From: Chrysomallon squamiferum
Lineage: Eukaryota > Animalia > Mollusca
DNA: 64,000 nt
Assembly: GCA_012295275.1 (NCBI GenBank)
Contig: CM022670.1
Span: forward strand, 5,022,001-5,086,000
Direction of reading: 5' to 3'
Each line of letters opens with the position of its first letter. The stretch's first letter is position 1. The notes beneath the pieces were generated by a model, which was not told where the DNA came from, did not search any database, and was given only the letters and a program-made list of their open reading frames with translations. The position numbers were made by a program, and so were the translations under genes. This document shows positions 26,900-41,760 of this stretch, in pieces.

Positions 26900-29800
26900 T
26901 CAAGATGTCAAGGAAATAATTTTTCAATGGCTGAAATCTTTTATTTATTCATTAATTAATTACTTTTTATTTATTTACTTTCATAAAAATTGCCTGTAAA
27001 ATATAAAGAGGTAAAAGCAGGTTAGTGTAACCAGTTTATATTGGTCAGTATTAGTAAAGAAATCACAAATATAGTGCAACTAACAATGGAAAAAAAAAAA
27101 AAGGTGGGGGGGAAATCATTAAAAATTATAATATAATCGACTATGGCTTAAAAGGTAATTATAGAGTTAAGATCCAAAAAAAAGCCAACAGACTAAAATT
27201 AAAGACAAACACCCGTATGTAAGCACTAAAATGAGTATGTATATATATATATATACACACAATATACCATGATTGTGCATATTATTGCATGCATGTTTAT
27301 AAACAGCATACTTTAAATCATATTGAAATTATTCTGTACTGATCAAATACTTTATGGTTTAATTATTATGCACCTGGCAGGAGTAAAAGAATTGTTCAAA
27401 TAATAGAAATATTCCATTTTTTCATTTTTTGTTTTGTTTTTTTGTTTTTTAAATAACTGATGGAAGATGAAATATTTCTATTAAATATTAAAAAGTAAAC
27501 TGTATTTTCCTCCCATCCCCCTTTCAATCTACAAAATTATGGTTAATGTATTTGAAAATTAGTTATCTAAAATATGTTCTGAAATGTTTACATTATTATG
27601 CCTTTGTTTTAATTAATTGTATATATATAAAAAACAAAAATAAATATTTTTGCTCAAACTGTGGAGTCTAAACACTGGTATTTTTAACTTAATTTTATTC
27701 TCTATATTTGTTTTTTTATTTTGTTTCATTTTACTGAAAGCAGGTTATTTTTTATGTAAAAAAAAGTTCACAATTTTAGAGGTAAATTATTTTAAGTAGA
27801 CGTCCCAATTTCTTTTAAAGGATCCTAATGTTTAATTATATGAATTTCCTTTATCTGGGGATGGGAGAAAAACTGAAATAAAATTATAAATTAAAAAACC
27901 ACTGTTAATTATAAGATAAACTTGGCTTCACAAATATCAAAAAAGACCTCAAAATAAATGCAGTGTATTATATAAATATGTATAAATATATAAAAACAAG
28001 ATTGTTTTAATATTAGAAATAAGGCACTATTATTATTGTTTTCTAAATAGGTGTACAATTGATTCTGTTTTCTTGCTCACATGGCCATTAAAAACTGCAA
28101 CTGTCAAAAACCAAAGAAATAATTGTTAAAATTATATATATATATTATTTTTTTTTTAAAAGGAAAACATAAATAAAAATAAAATAAAAATAAAATAATA
28201 ATAATAATGAAGAAAAAAATGCAAACAAAAATAAATTTCTGTAATACATTTTTTATCTTTTCTTTTGAGCAATAAGTATAAAAAATAATTATAACATTTT
28301 CTGGCAGTTCAACTATAGTTGCTGCTGCTGAAATACCAGAAAAAGACAAAATATAATATATATATGTATACCTCAAATAAAATCAAACGTTAAAAACAAA
28401 ATAGATTTGTAAATAAACACTAAAATTAAGGTGTATAATAAATAAGTAGTAGCTAATTATAAAACTATCAATGTAAAGCTGTAACAGTTAACAGTTTGCA
28501 CAAAGGCAAGTGTTTCAAAACTTTGATTTGTTTGCACAAAAATATGTTGGAAATAAGATTATTTTACATTTTCACAAACCAAAAAAATACTAGGGATCAC
28601 AAACTTAAATGAAAACTAAAGAATGTTGGCACAATACATAATTTTTAAAAAGTAATTTTACTGTGATAAACCACTTAAATTGCATATTTTCTTTTGCCAG
28701 TAAACTCAAGAATCTGATCTTAACATTTTTATACAGAATAAAAAATATGAAACATAAAAAGAACAGAAGGAAAAACCCCTTAAAACAGTACAATCAAATC
28801 TGCATTAATATTCAAAGTTAGTATATAATTTGTGCAATATATTATAAAATTAAATTTCCAGCAGCGTGTTAACAGATTTAATACTGTAAAATATTAAGTT
28901 TAATTAGATTTTTTTAATAAATTATGTAAACAAAACAGGGTTACTAACATTCTTATTGGTGGTTTAATTCAAGTTTTAACTGATATGCTTCAGATAACTT
29001 TAAGGATAATCTGTCTAATCAGCCAGTTGTTTAGTATTGATCTGAATTTTTAAAAGTTGCTAACCAAAAATATCACCAAAAATATCACTGAAAATTTCTG
29101 AAGAAAAAACAACAAAAGAGTAATTTGTTGTACAGGATTTACAAAAATATTATTTATAATGATCAAGATGATTTGGTAATATCATTTTATCCCCACCCAA
29201 TTTCCAATAGGGACTGTTTTAAATATTAAAAAAATAATATTAGTAAAACTTTAAAAACAACACAACAGTAATAAATTCTAAAATACAAAAATCAAGATGA
29301 AGAAAATGAAGAAAGCAATTTTGCCAGTTAAAAACTGCTGACAAAACTGTTTTTGTGATTGTTCATTTGTTATTGGTTTTTCTTAAGCAGTTGATCAATG
29401 AAACAAACTAATGTGCGTTTAATTAATTTTATCTAAGAGTGTTGTTTCAAGTTATAAATTTGTTAACTACAAAGTTTCAAAATTCAGAAGTTTTATTAAT
29501 ATAATTATCAGAAAATAATTTACATTTAACCTTTGTTATCACAAAAAATCCCAGAAAATAAGCATATATTGTTTCACTTTGATTTTTCAATAGTTTTGCA
29601 AATGCTAATAAAACAATTAAATTTCAGTTAATGGAATGAAATGTAAAATATTAATATGTATCCCTGATTATGAAAATTATCCATGTATATATGTATATAT
29701 ATATAATATATAATAAAAATAGTTAAAACAGTTTAAAAAACTAAAAAGACCAAAAAAAAAAAAAAAAAATAAAAAAAAATAAAAAAGTTGCTTAATGTAT

Positions 29801-32800
29801 CATTTTTAGAGGAATGGACAGATGTATAATTTAAAAAAAGAAGAAAAAAAGAAATGTGTATATATATATATATATATTTATATTACTGAATTAAAAGTAT
29901 ATATATATATTTATGTATTTTAAAAAGTAAATAAAAAAAGAAACAAACACCATACCACTTGCAGGGTAAACATGTTGTTGAAAGAAAAATAAGTTAGCTT
30001 TATTTATATGTTAAGTCTGTTTATGGAACACATTAATGTCACTTAAATGTCAAAATTTAAACATTCAGTGTCATATATCAAATAAAAACCTTTTTGTTGG
30101 CTTGTTAGTTTTTACTTTTCCTAAAATGCATTTTATAACATGAGTCTTAATTCAAAACCAATAGCATTGTTTATTATATTTCTCAACATTTTAAATGTAA
30201 AACTTATGATATTACAGATTGTAACTTGCAGCTGAAAGACATTAATATTATTTTGTTCAAAATATTAACATTTTTTTTTGTTGTTTAAATTGGACGGAGG
30301 AATAATAATAACAAAAAAATATTCTGAAAATAAACAATAAAAATGGAAATTACTGAATTAAAGTATAATCTAATGTTTTAGCAGGGTTATGAAACCAATT
30401 ATATGAACAAGTTCAGATTACTTACACTTTGATCTTTAATTTAAAAAAAAAAAAAATTTATTTGTTGTTACTGGTCTTTTTCTACCATTAACCATTTCAA
30501 TTAACAACATCAAAAAAAGTTTTGTTACAGAAATAGAGAGTAAGTATAAATAAAAAGGGAGCAGTTACAAGTTTCTCTTTTATTTATAGTCATTTTAATG
30601 ATATTCATAATGCTTTCTATTTAATGGTTGCCAGTACTACCTACCAAATTAAAGATCTACCCTGCAATGGTTCTGGGCACTAGATGCAGCAGAATTTTTT
30701 TTTTATCTTTTATTCTTACCCTGTTAATCATGAGCTAAATATAAAATTCAATCACACAAAATAAAAACAAACATCCATACATACATATTTACTAAATCAA
30801 CATTTAAATATGTATATATAAAGAAAAACAAAATTATAAGAACTTATTTCTATTCAGGAGTTATATTTCTTTCTATCTTTTGCTGCACAAACAGGCTTAA
30901 AAAACAAACAATTATAAATAAATTATAAAGGTATAAATGTAAACTATCCTCCCCAAAGAAATATAAAACCAAAAAACATCTGGAAATAAAGGAAAAGTGG
31001 TCTTGACTTCCACACCCCTATAAAACTAGTAACGTCTTATTTGCATAACAAACACTGTGCAGCCATCAGGGAATTCATATTTCTAAGCAGAACAAGTGTA
31101 CAGTAGAAATACACTTGTTATACTCATATAATTATTTTATATATCATTGCAATGTGATTTTCCTAAAAAAAAAAAAAAAAAAAAATAAATAAAAATAAAT
31201 AAAATTAATAATAAATAAATAAAAATAAAAACTAATAATAATTTTATATATATCTATATATGTATATACTAACAAACTAAGGAATGGCAAAAAATTAAAA
31301 TGAAAGCATGTGCTTCAAATCAAAACACAAACAAAACAATTGTGTTAATTATAAAATATTAATAATAAATAAAATAAAAAAAACCTAATAAAATAATAAA
31401 AAAAAATATATAAAAATATTAAAAATAATCTTTTTTCTTCTTTTTTTCTTTGTTTTTCTTTAAATAGGAAAAAACCCAGAAAGTCAACAATCAGTATTAA
31501 CTGGAACAAAGCAGTCCAAACATTTTCATTAAAAATATCAATATAAATCAACATCAAAACTGAGAATCTCTTCAAACACAGTAAAACATTAATCACTGAA
31601 AACAATTATTGAAAGAGGCCCAAACCGGATATTGGAATATTACAACATGGCTAGTGCATGTACAGTGTAAGTGTTAAAACAGAATATTTTTGGGCATTGC
31701 TGCATATATTTTGTTTTTTGTTTTTAAAAAATCAAGATACTGGCAGACAAATTAAAATATTTTAGCAGAGTAAGAAAAACAACATTGCAAAACATCAATT
31801 AAATATATGTATGTATATATAGATATATAATTGTATATGAAAAGTGTAATTAATAGAAAAGATTTTCAAAAATAATACAGAATAATACCAAATAAAAGAA
31901 AAGCCTATTGTCCACAGTTTTTAACCTACCACCAAAGGGTTAAAATCACTGTGCTAAATACTGTATAGGCAACTTGTAAAGTAGTGCACAAGACAACCTT
32001 GAGTGGACAATAGCACTAGCTTGTCAGAAAGAACTTTTAGACTTGCATCCTATTTTCATTTTAAAATATTGCCTAAATACCCCTTTCCAAGATATGTTAA
32101 AAATAAAACAAAAAATAAAATATAAATGTAATCCAGGCTAGTTCCATTGTCCACGTCATGGTAAAAATTTTGTTTCTTTGTTTTTCCTTTAATGGTAAGT
32201 TGTCAATAACAATAATCACAAATGAAATAAAACATTATGGCATATTAATTAAACTAAAAGCTTGAATAGCAATACATACGGTTAGAGCACCAAAAATGAT
32301 ATATGTATAACAATTCCCTGGCTCCAGCATGTTGTGTGCAGAGGGAGAAGACTCCCATATATATATATATTTATATATTTTTTTAAAATGGTCTTTTTAA
32401 CATAACAACACTCAGTTTTAGTCTTCAATAACTGGTTTGACCTCTATCAAGTATCACATTACAACATAGCAATCTGCTGAGAAGAAACCATATTATCTGC
32501 AAATATCACAAACTTGTTTACTAAAAATTCAATTTAAACTGTTATTTTCTTTTTTTACCCCCCTCTTTTACTGTAAGTTTAACACAGCAAACTTCATTCC
32601 CAATAACTGTTAACAAATACAAGTTATATGGATTCTTCAAACAAATGCCATTATTGTAAATGTTATTTGGCCACAAATGCAGTTTTGTTTCTGGAACCAA
32701 TATACGAGATGTGAAAATAAATAGAATAGCTTGTCAGTATTCAAATGAAATTAAATTTATACCAGAACAATATTGGGATCCTTAAACTTCTGTTAAAGGG

Positions 32801-33200
32801 ACATTTTTTTTTAAATTACTGTAAGGTCAGTCATTTCTTTATTCTAGTGGTCTGAATAATTTATCCTGGCAATGACAATGTGCAACTATATATTTTTTCC
32901 TTGTATATATATATATATATACTGGATGATGTACTTATTAGTTCCAGAACCAAACATACATTTAAAGCTTGAATTAGATTGTGCAACTCTTAATGTGTAT
33001 TTTAACATATTTGGATGATAACTGCTCTTTGAACATCCATTTGACAAAACATTTCTTTTTTTTTTTTTTTTTTTTAAATTTTAAAATGTAAATGTTAAAC
33101 GACAAAAATCAATTTCCAAACATTAAATGCAAACATTTCAAAAAAAAAAAAAAAAAAAAATCTTAAATTGGCAATAATAATAAAACATCTCAAAATTAAA

Positions 33201-33241
<41 letters not shown>

Positions 33242-34446
33242 ATATATTACAAGTTAAATTCAAAACTGGAATTGAAAGAACATGAACACTATTAAATTTA
33301 ATGAAAAAAGTCGTTGTGATTCTAAAACTAGATTATTGTCTCTGACAGGCTTGTAACATGTAACCTCAAAGACTAAATATGTGGTAGTGAAAATGTGCTC
33401 AAAAGGGAGCAGCACTTTCTCCATCATTAAACTGCACTCAAAAAATTTGCTGGATAAAATATAATTATGGAATACCTTTGAAAAAACTAAACAATTCAGT
33501 TTTTCCAATTCTTTAATAGCCCTAAGGTAACTCAATCGTATAACTAATATATATGAAAAAAATTAACAGTAAATAATCAACAATCTTTTGATTAGATGCA
33601 AACACTAAAATAAGTATGGTGGGTAGAAGTATTAAATGGTCTTGTATACAAATGCATGTTGCATGAGCAATTTTCGCTTCTAAATATTAGCATTTGCAAA
33701 TAACTGTTAAAAAGGACAAATAATTAAATTAATATAACTAACACAGTATAGATCAACATCACCAAAATATATACTATGGTCTTTACATAAAGCTTCTCAT
33801 TCTATGAACACAGAAAAAAAAAAATAATAATAATAATAATAATAAAATAAAAAGGTACAAAACCAATTTAAAAAAAGTATAATCCCTTAAGGCACAGCTA
33901 AAGAAAATAAGTTTTAAAAAAAAGAAAGGAAAAAAAGAAATATATTTTAAAAAATTACTTTCTGAAAATAAACCTAGAAAAAAAAGGTCATGTTAACACT
34001 GAGTATATGTGACTAGAAATAAGCATACTTGCATATGTATATAATTATATATGGATTGGCAATTGGAGACCACAATTATGTTTATGGTTAAACTGCAACC
34101 CACCCCACTATCAGATGGTGATAATAAAATCTGGAAAATGTTAACAATCTGACTACACAGTATAAGTATACTTATGTATATGTGTATATATATATATATT
34201 TTTTTTTAATAATATATATAGTGTTTCCAAAAAAGCTAACTTATGTTAACAGCGAGATTACCAATGTCAATAATCACTTTTTTTTAATTTTTAGTATAAT
34301 GTGAAAAAAAAAAAAGTTTAAAAAAAAATATAAATATTATAACAATATAAGGGTAAACTGTAAACATAATTATAATATAAACTAAAGGAAGTTAAGGGAT
34401 CCAATAATAAAAAGCCTCAGTAAGGAGGTAACATTGGCACATGAGT
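26900..34446 (-). other. Probable very long 3'UTR of the mei-P26 ortholog (distal end uncertain)
   Basis: About 8 kb without credible exons directly after the stop codon; U-rich on the minus strand; many seed matches to conserved bilaterian and protostome miRNAs. Confidence 0.6.
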
Positions 34447-37400
34447 TTAAGTGATATATAAAGTATTCAGGACCAGCACATGGTGATTATTCTTGGCAAG
34501 TGTGACAATGTAGCCCTCTGAAGTGATTTTCAAACCACAACAGCGACTCACTTTCACATAGGGGCACTGAAATTCACCAATGAGCGATCCGTCACGCTGG
34601 AAAACTGCTACGTGAAATCGGTTGCCGTGGCTGTCGCCGATAAGGACATCTCCTGCATCACTGATGTCAATTCCATTGGGATAATTTGTGATGTTTTCAC
34701 AACCAATACGTCGTGCAAACTGACCATCTTCATTGAAAACAACAACGCAATGACCCTGAAACCAAACAATATCAGTTAATATGTGCATATTTAACAATTT
34801 TGTTATTTCAAAAATCAGTCTAATTTAATAAATAAAATATTTTTTTGATATAATTTTAAATTAAAAAGACAAACAGAAAAGAGAAAGGAAAAAGGAAAAA
34901 AAGAAATAAAAAAAAGTTTGTAGAACTTCCAGATAAGCAAACATTTTCAGATCAATTTTTCAAGAAGCTATTCACAAGAACTAAAGAAAAGAAACTAAAC
35001 AATACTATTATCTTTAATCCTTCATGTAAACTGGACATTCAAATGATAATTTATAAATTAAATGAATTTCAATAAACCAAGACAAATTACCTTGAAATCA
35101 CAAACAAAATATTCTTTTCCACTGACTGCAATGTCAGAAGGTTCTCGCATATAATCGCTACAATCAAACCATTTGATCAGATCCCCTGATTCGGCAATAC
35201 AAAACACTGTAGGTGAAACACTGTCAACAGCAACAACGTGCCCTGAAGGAAACAATTTTTATCTTCAGAAACTACATCACAGAAAACGTAACTAATAATA
35301 ATAAAAAAATGTTCCCACTTGATAAACACAGCATATAATTTATTTTAAACAAGGTCTGGTGCAAACATCTAAAATTTTGTGGTAAACTGTTAAAACCCCC
35401 AAAACAACAACAAACAACTGATGTACCTTGCTGAGTTATTGCCAGTCCAGCAACAATATCGATGTAACGTATGGCTATCTTCTTAATGAAATGTCCATTC
35501 TTGGTAAAAATCTGCATCCTCGAGCGTTCATTTCCTCGGTCACAAACCACAAACTTTCCACTGCTTCTCATCACAGCTACCTTTCTTGGATACCAAAGCT
35601 GACCTTCCTCTCGGCCTGAAAATTTCAAGGAAAATAAGCACAATCTATGCATAAAGTCTTTAAAATATATTTTTGATTCTTAAATAACAGTTATAATAAT
35701 TCTGTCAAGTAATATTAACAGCATGTATATTTTAATATTTTATCAAAGAAAGAAAAGCATTATTATTATTATTTATTTATTTTTTAAATATTATTATTAC
35801 AGTTTTTTTCACTTAATTAAGGATTAATGTTATAATTTTAAAACTAAGGATACCTGGTATTCCAAACTGGTATTTGAACTCTCCAGTCTTTTCAAAGACT
35901 TGTATGCGATGATTATTTGTATCAGCAACAATAATATCCTCATCCAGCCCAAGGCAAAAGCCATGTGGTGAATTGAACTGACCTTTGCCTGGTCCCAGTT
36001 GTCCAAATTTGCATCTGAAAAACATTGGCAAAAATTGCTCTTATCATACAAAAGTTATATATAAAAGTTTATTTCTTTTAATTACGACAAAACAATATAA
36101 TTGAATTATGAAACCATTTATTCATTAAAGTGTATAAGACTATTATATTAATAAGTTTATATCACTGTTGAAAAATAGTGATACAAGAAATTTCAATACA
36201 TTAAATATTATTGTACTATAAAGGGTATCAATTAAAATGCATTTAAATATGTATGTATAAATCTCTAAACAGAGAAAGACTCTTTTTATTTTCTACAAAT
36301 TATATAAAATTACCGTCAGCATTATAATTTATTTACCTTATCTGCATGGCACTCATCTTGGTTGAACGACGCACTGCAGGATATGGCTGGTTAACACTTG
36401 AAGGTTCAAAAGTTGATATTTCACTATCACCTGTAAAATTTTCAATTTTTAAAAAGTGTTTTCACGAAAGTTATAACAATCAAATATTACTACATTAAAT
36501 AATAAATCTGATCTTATGTGATATACTGTAGTAATGTAACTGCATTGTGTAGTTACTATCTAAGCTAAGCTTTTGAAAATAATATTTAATAATGAATTTT
36601 TTTTTTTTTTTTTTAAAGTACTTGAAACTACTACAAAAAAGAACTAATCTTACCTGATGGGCTGATCATATCAAGACTACCAGTGCTGTCCAGGTTGCCA
36701 AAAGAACCCATGCCAAGTAATGGATTGCCCACACCATTGATAGGTGGGGTTGCCTGACTGCTGAATAAACTTGTTAGTGACTCAATGTTCTGGCTACGTG
36801 ATGTTGATGTGTTGACATTCAGCATACTTGTCAAACCAGAATCCTGCTGAAGCAAGTTAGGTGTTGTTGTCCTGCTGCTTGGTGCTGAAGAAATGGGTGG
36901 TGGGATGTTGCTCAAGTTTAAGCCCTGCACCACCTGTCCATTTAATGTCACTTGACCTAAACAAAGCAATACAAAACAACACAAAATATTACGATGATGC
37001 CATTGTAATTCATAGTAAAAGTTAGCAATGAAGACAAACAAAAACTGTTTAAACAATTAAGATTTAATTACTAAAATTTTGAGTTTCAAAATTGTGTTCA
37101 AAACTATTTTGAACATGTCTCCTGTGCAAGTTTAATAGTAATTAAAAATATAACATTGAAATACTTTTTATACATTATTTTTTCACAAACCTTGGCTAGT
37201 GAAACCAACAGAGCCCAGTTTAGCCAGTGCAGCTATGTTCATATTCATCATTGCATTACCCTGGTTGCTTCCAGTACTTCCAGCATCCATCGATATGCCA
37301 CTGTCCGAATTGACAGGACTGTGTGAGTTCCTCGATAGGTTAGCTCCCTCAGGAAGTGGTGGCAAATTAGCAGCAATTGAACTGGCTATTGTTGAAGGAG

Positions 37401-40396
37401 GCGGCATGTTAGCCAAGGACATCATATTTCCAAGGTTGCCTAGATTACCATTAAGTGAGACAGGAGTAATTGCCCTCATCGTTGACATGAACTCGGGCAA
37501 GGGAACAGGTGGCAAAATAGGATGACCTGGACTGAGAACTCCATGTGGCAAAGGGAATCCTTCATTTTCAAATGATGAATGCAAAGACATGTTGGCTTCC
37601 ATCTTAAAGAATAAAAGAAAAAATAAAGTAATAAACTGTACTAATAATAAGCTAAATTTTTTCAAAATTATACATCCTTTATTTCACCAATGAAAGTACT
37701 TCTATTTCTTGTTCCATATATATAGTCTTGAGTACAGTATAAATACTTAAAATTGGCATTAACTTGTTAATTTGGTTAAGTACCGATTACTAACATTAGC
37801 TGCATACATCATTTTTTTTTTAATTAGTCTCTGAGAAACAGCATACTAATTAAATTTGGTTTAGTATCAGAAATTATTTATTACCAGAAACTTACCTTAG
37901 GGTCTTCTTTGACCAATGAGCCAAATGTCTTGTTCACAGCTTCAGTGAAAACATTAGAATCCGTCTTAAATTCAATATTGATGGCAACATCAGGCTTAGG
38001 AGTGTTGTTGATCAGTGACAGAAGCTGTGTTGAGATAAGCTTTTTCAGAAGAACTATCTGAAGATTGTTGCCATTGTTGAGAACATGCGATGTAAAGTCG
38101 CAACCATCTTCCATTTTCTCAACAGTTTTGCCAACATTATGGCACATTTCCATAATGGACAGTTCTTGATGTGAATGTGTCTGCTCAAGTTCCTCAAGGA
38201 CTTCATCCTATAAATACAATTTTAAAAGAACCTTTTTAAAAATATCTTTTAAAGAAAAAATTTCAATACTTCTTTAGAGAATGAATCAATTTTAAAATAA
38301 CAAAAATCAACAAAATATAAAATGCCTAACTTCTCTACTAATAATTCATGTTTCTGCTCAGCAATTTTATTTTTTTATTATTAAAACTGGGTTTTTGTGG
38401 GGTTTTTTGACAGTCTTAACTTAATTGGAATTTGGCATGGGTTTTTTAAAATTATTATATTTATTCTGACAATGACAGTATTTCCAGAATTTCATACTGA
38501 TCAAGGATTTAAAATTTGTTTGAGTCCAGTTGATTCATTAATATTTACTTCCTCATATTGTTTGGACTTTTAACATTTCAGTTTTAATCTAAATGTAGAC
38601 ATTTTTTGTTGCTGTTGTTGCTATTCAGGTTTTACTAAAATAATGTTTTCTGTTATATCTGAAAGACACATTCTTATTAACTGCAAATGGCTGAAAAACT
38701 CTGACCAACCTTTTTCTTTTCCAGTATGGCTTTATAGCTTTGGAATGTTTCCTGAATCAGGCCTTTAGCATTGTCACGCTGAGTCTGTAAATCGGACAGA
38801 GCGTTTTCCAATAGGGTTGTGGCCTCTTGACAGAAGGTTATTTTACTCTTGCATTCAGAGATTAGAGTTTTCAGTTCCTCTTTAACTTCATCTTCTACTT
38901 CCTCAACCTTCTCATGCATATGGTCAGGCTGGCGATGATCTGCAGCCATGCATTCGTTACATATTGCCACCTACAAAAACAAAATGACAATAATAAAATT
39001 AATAATAAAAACAAATTACCAAGCTATACATAAATACTTTTTTATTTCCGTTGTTGTTTAACATATTTCTAATGTGATATAAGATTTTATAAATATATTT
39101 CAAGAGTTGGTATTATTTTTGACATTTTTTATTTCAATACATTTACTCATTTTCCTGAAACATTTTGGAGTTTTTAGGATAAGGTTGGAAAAATGACTAC
39201 TCTTCAAAAATAATACTGATGTTATCAAGTTATAAAAAAAATACTATTAAAAATCTACATTTTATAATGAGATATATTTATGTTGATATTTACCAGCACT
39301 ATTACAAGATAATGAAATTCTAAAATTTTATAAAAAGTGAAACCAACAAGTTATGGCCAACATAAAAGACTGCAAAGACGTACTTGGCAAGTGTTGCAGA
39401 AGAGTTTTATGTTTTCTGTGGGATGCAGGTCACAAAATATGGGTTTGTGCATTTTAACACCTTCACCATTCTGCATATCTTCAAAAGATACCACCTGCAA
39501 ATATAATAATAATAATAAATTTAAAAAAAATATAAACATTAAAAAAAGGTTTGTTTCAAACATCTATACTGCCTTGTTTTATCTAAAGTTATATTACATT
39601 CATTACCATTTCTGTTCATAGTGCAAATATTCAGTGAACAGTTTGTTATAAAACTTCAAGAAATACAAATATGAATACATATAAATACCTTGTGATTTTC
39701 AAAGCATCTCATAAACTGGTGAGCTGTAACACAGTTTGGACACAGAAAATTAGCACAATCTGTGCACCTGGCTACAGCCTTCTCCTTTGCTTTGCAGCTG
39801 GTGCAGACAATCTGCATGTCTTCGATAACAGATGCATTCAGCATATCTGATATGATGTGTTCGGTAGGGAGATCCGAAACTCCCTTGAATGAAAGTCTTG
39901 TTTCTTGTTCGCATGTTGGACATTTTATTACCTGTGGAGGTGGTGTCACTGACTGTGTAGATTCTTCTTTCTTATTTTCATTTAGCTGTGAAAATCAACA
40001 AGATTTACCAATGTCTTTAAGGTGAAACTTAATTTTAATAACAATTCACATCATTATAGCTTTGAAATTTAACTCTTTTCAAATTAGGACACTCTAAAAT
40101 TAATCCTACAGCAAATGTTGTCACTTCAAATACATGTTATCTAAGGATTTTGCTGATATTCTAACATAATCCTTTATGGAAAGGATTAAACTATAATCAC
40201 ATTACAACTTCACATTAAAACCCACCTGTTTTTCAAGACATTCTTTGCAAAACACATGCAGACAGCTGAGAACTTTAGGTTGTTTCAGTTTTTCGGTGCA
40301 TACGGCACACTGCTGTTTTTCATCACCAGGCAGTGGTGAAGAATGCAGAGGAGACGAGGCTGGTGAAACCTTGGGTGATGCTTCTTCAGAGGCCAT
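34447..40396 (-). CDS. mei-P26: TRIM-NHL RNA-binding protein, mei-P26/NHL-2 ortholog (about 923 aa, 12 coding exons)
   Basis: Exons 40226-40396 ([17 protein letters not shown]), 39689-39985 (CPTC, B-box1), 39384-39494 (B-box2), 38710-38970, 37896-38207 (coiled coil), 37191-37602, 36654-36956, 36337-36430, 35854-36014, 35427-35615, 35091-35242 and 34447-34755. The NHL region ([50 protein letters not shown]) matches the mei-P26 subfamily as recalled, rather than brat or lin-41. Confidence 0.93.
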
Positions 40397-41199
40397 TACT
40401 TACATGCTGCAATTAGTTTGGATTTAACAATATATTGTTTTACAACATTTGGTGTAACAAACAATACTTTGTATTCACATTTATTTAAAACAGCTTATTA
40501 CCTGCTTTTAATAATTAATAAGTGTTTAATGCATTGTAATTTGGTAGATGCCAAGATGGTGAGATCCATTTTGTTAATCACTTAATATATTATTTAAAGC
40601 TTTAACTACAACACTGACAAAGTGACATTTGAATTTTTTTATTTATTTTAATCATTATTTACTATTTTAAGTCAACTGCAAGTAAAGTCGTTATTATATA
40701 TTCTATTACAAAATGATGGTTTAAAAATTACTAATACCAGGTGACATCTCCGATGGCATTTAATGGCAGACATCAATTTTTGTGCTGCGATTCGATACGA
40801 CCTTGAACTCCGAAAAATACAAAATCCTAAGAAACTTACTAACAACCTAGTGAATTAGCAAAATGCTATTTGAAATAGGATCTGAATTGTTTTTATGTTT
40901 TTACCACCAGTACTATTTCACTCAACAAATTAATGAATTTACGATCTGCAAAAATTGAATGTATCGATCAATGCGCGTCCAAACAGACGGTTGGTCCTAC
41001 TTCCTGGCTGAAACAGGTTGTTTCCGTTTCTTTTTCTTATATTAAGTCACCTTATTCATTCAAATGCGCATTAGCATTATAAAATATTTACTACGATTAA
41101 ATAAACTTGTTAATATTTTGATAATATATCACCTGATACAAAGATCCACATTGCATATTTATCTTTCGAGTTTTCACAAAATTGTACGTTTACAGAAAT

Positions 41200-41760
41200 A
41201 ACGCTCGACCAAATTCCACAAACCGCATGCGCACGCGCATAAGTCGAATCCGCCCACGAGCAAGACCGATAAACACTTGTTGCATGTCGTTCGTAGGTCC
41301 ATAATATTTAATGGTATAGATTTGCTTTATCTAATCGAGTATGTCATTTTATAATTTTTAATAATCTAGCTAATTTTTATCGTACCTGGCCCAGCATATG
41401 TGACTGTTCTGGTTTTTATTTTTTAATTATTTTTTTTTTTTTATTATTTCTATATGTCCAGGTAGAATCCAGATCATTCGGTAGGTCAATGGCCAAAGAA
41501 AAATATAACAACTCGGAAAATAATCATTAAAACAAAACGAAAATTTATGCATCTTCCTGTCTTCGTTTTTTATAAAAATCTTACCTGGAATGTACTGAAT
41601 GCTGCGAATCGATCCGTATTAAAATACGTTAAATTAAGTTAATAGCGACAAGTATTAGCGAAGAAGCAAACCACATGATCTTCTTCCCGCCATCTTGATA
41701 GATATGATTTCGCTCATGCGCAACTTAGGTTCATGCGGCGGGAAAATATTTGATTACCCG
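41200..41760 (-). promoter_or_regulatory. Probable promoter and first non-coding exon of mei-P26
   Basis: CpG-enriched island; YY1-type CCGCCATCTTG at 41687-41697; NRF1-like GCATGCGC near 41225; strong donor CCAG|GTAAG at 41585/41584; acceptor ttgcag about 10 nt before the ATG at 40396. Confidence 0.55.

Noticed and set aside
37199-37525. 108-aa + strand ORF, and similar ORFs at 19126, 35428, 39762 and 51334
   Set aside because: Antisense frames of real coding exons.
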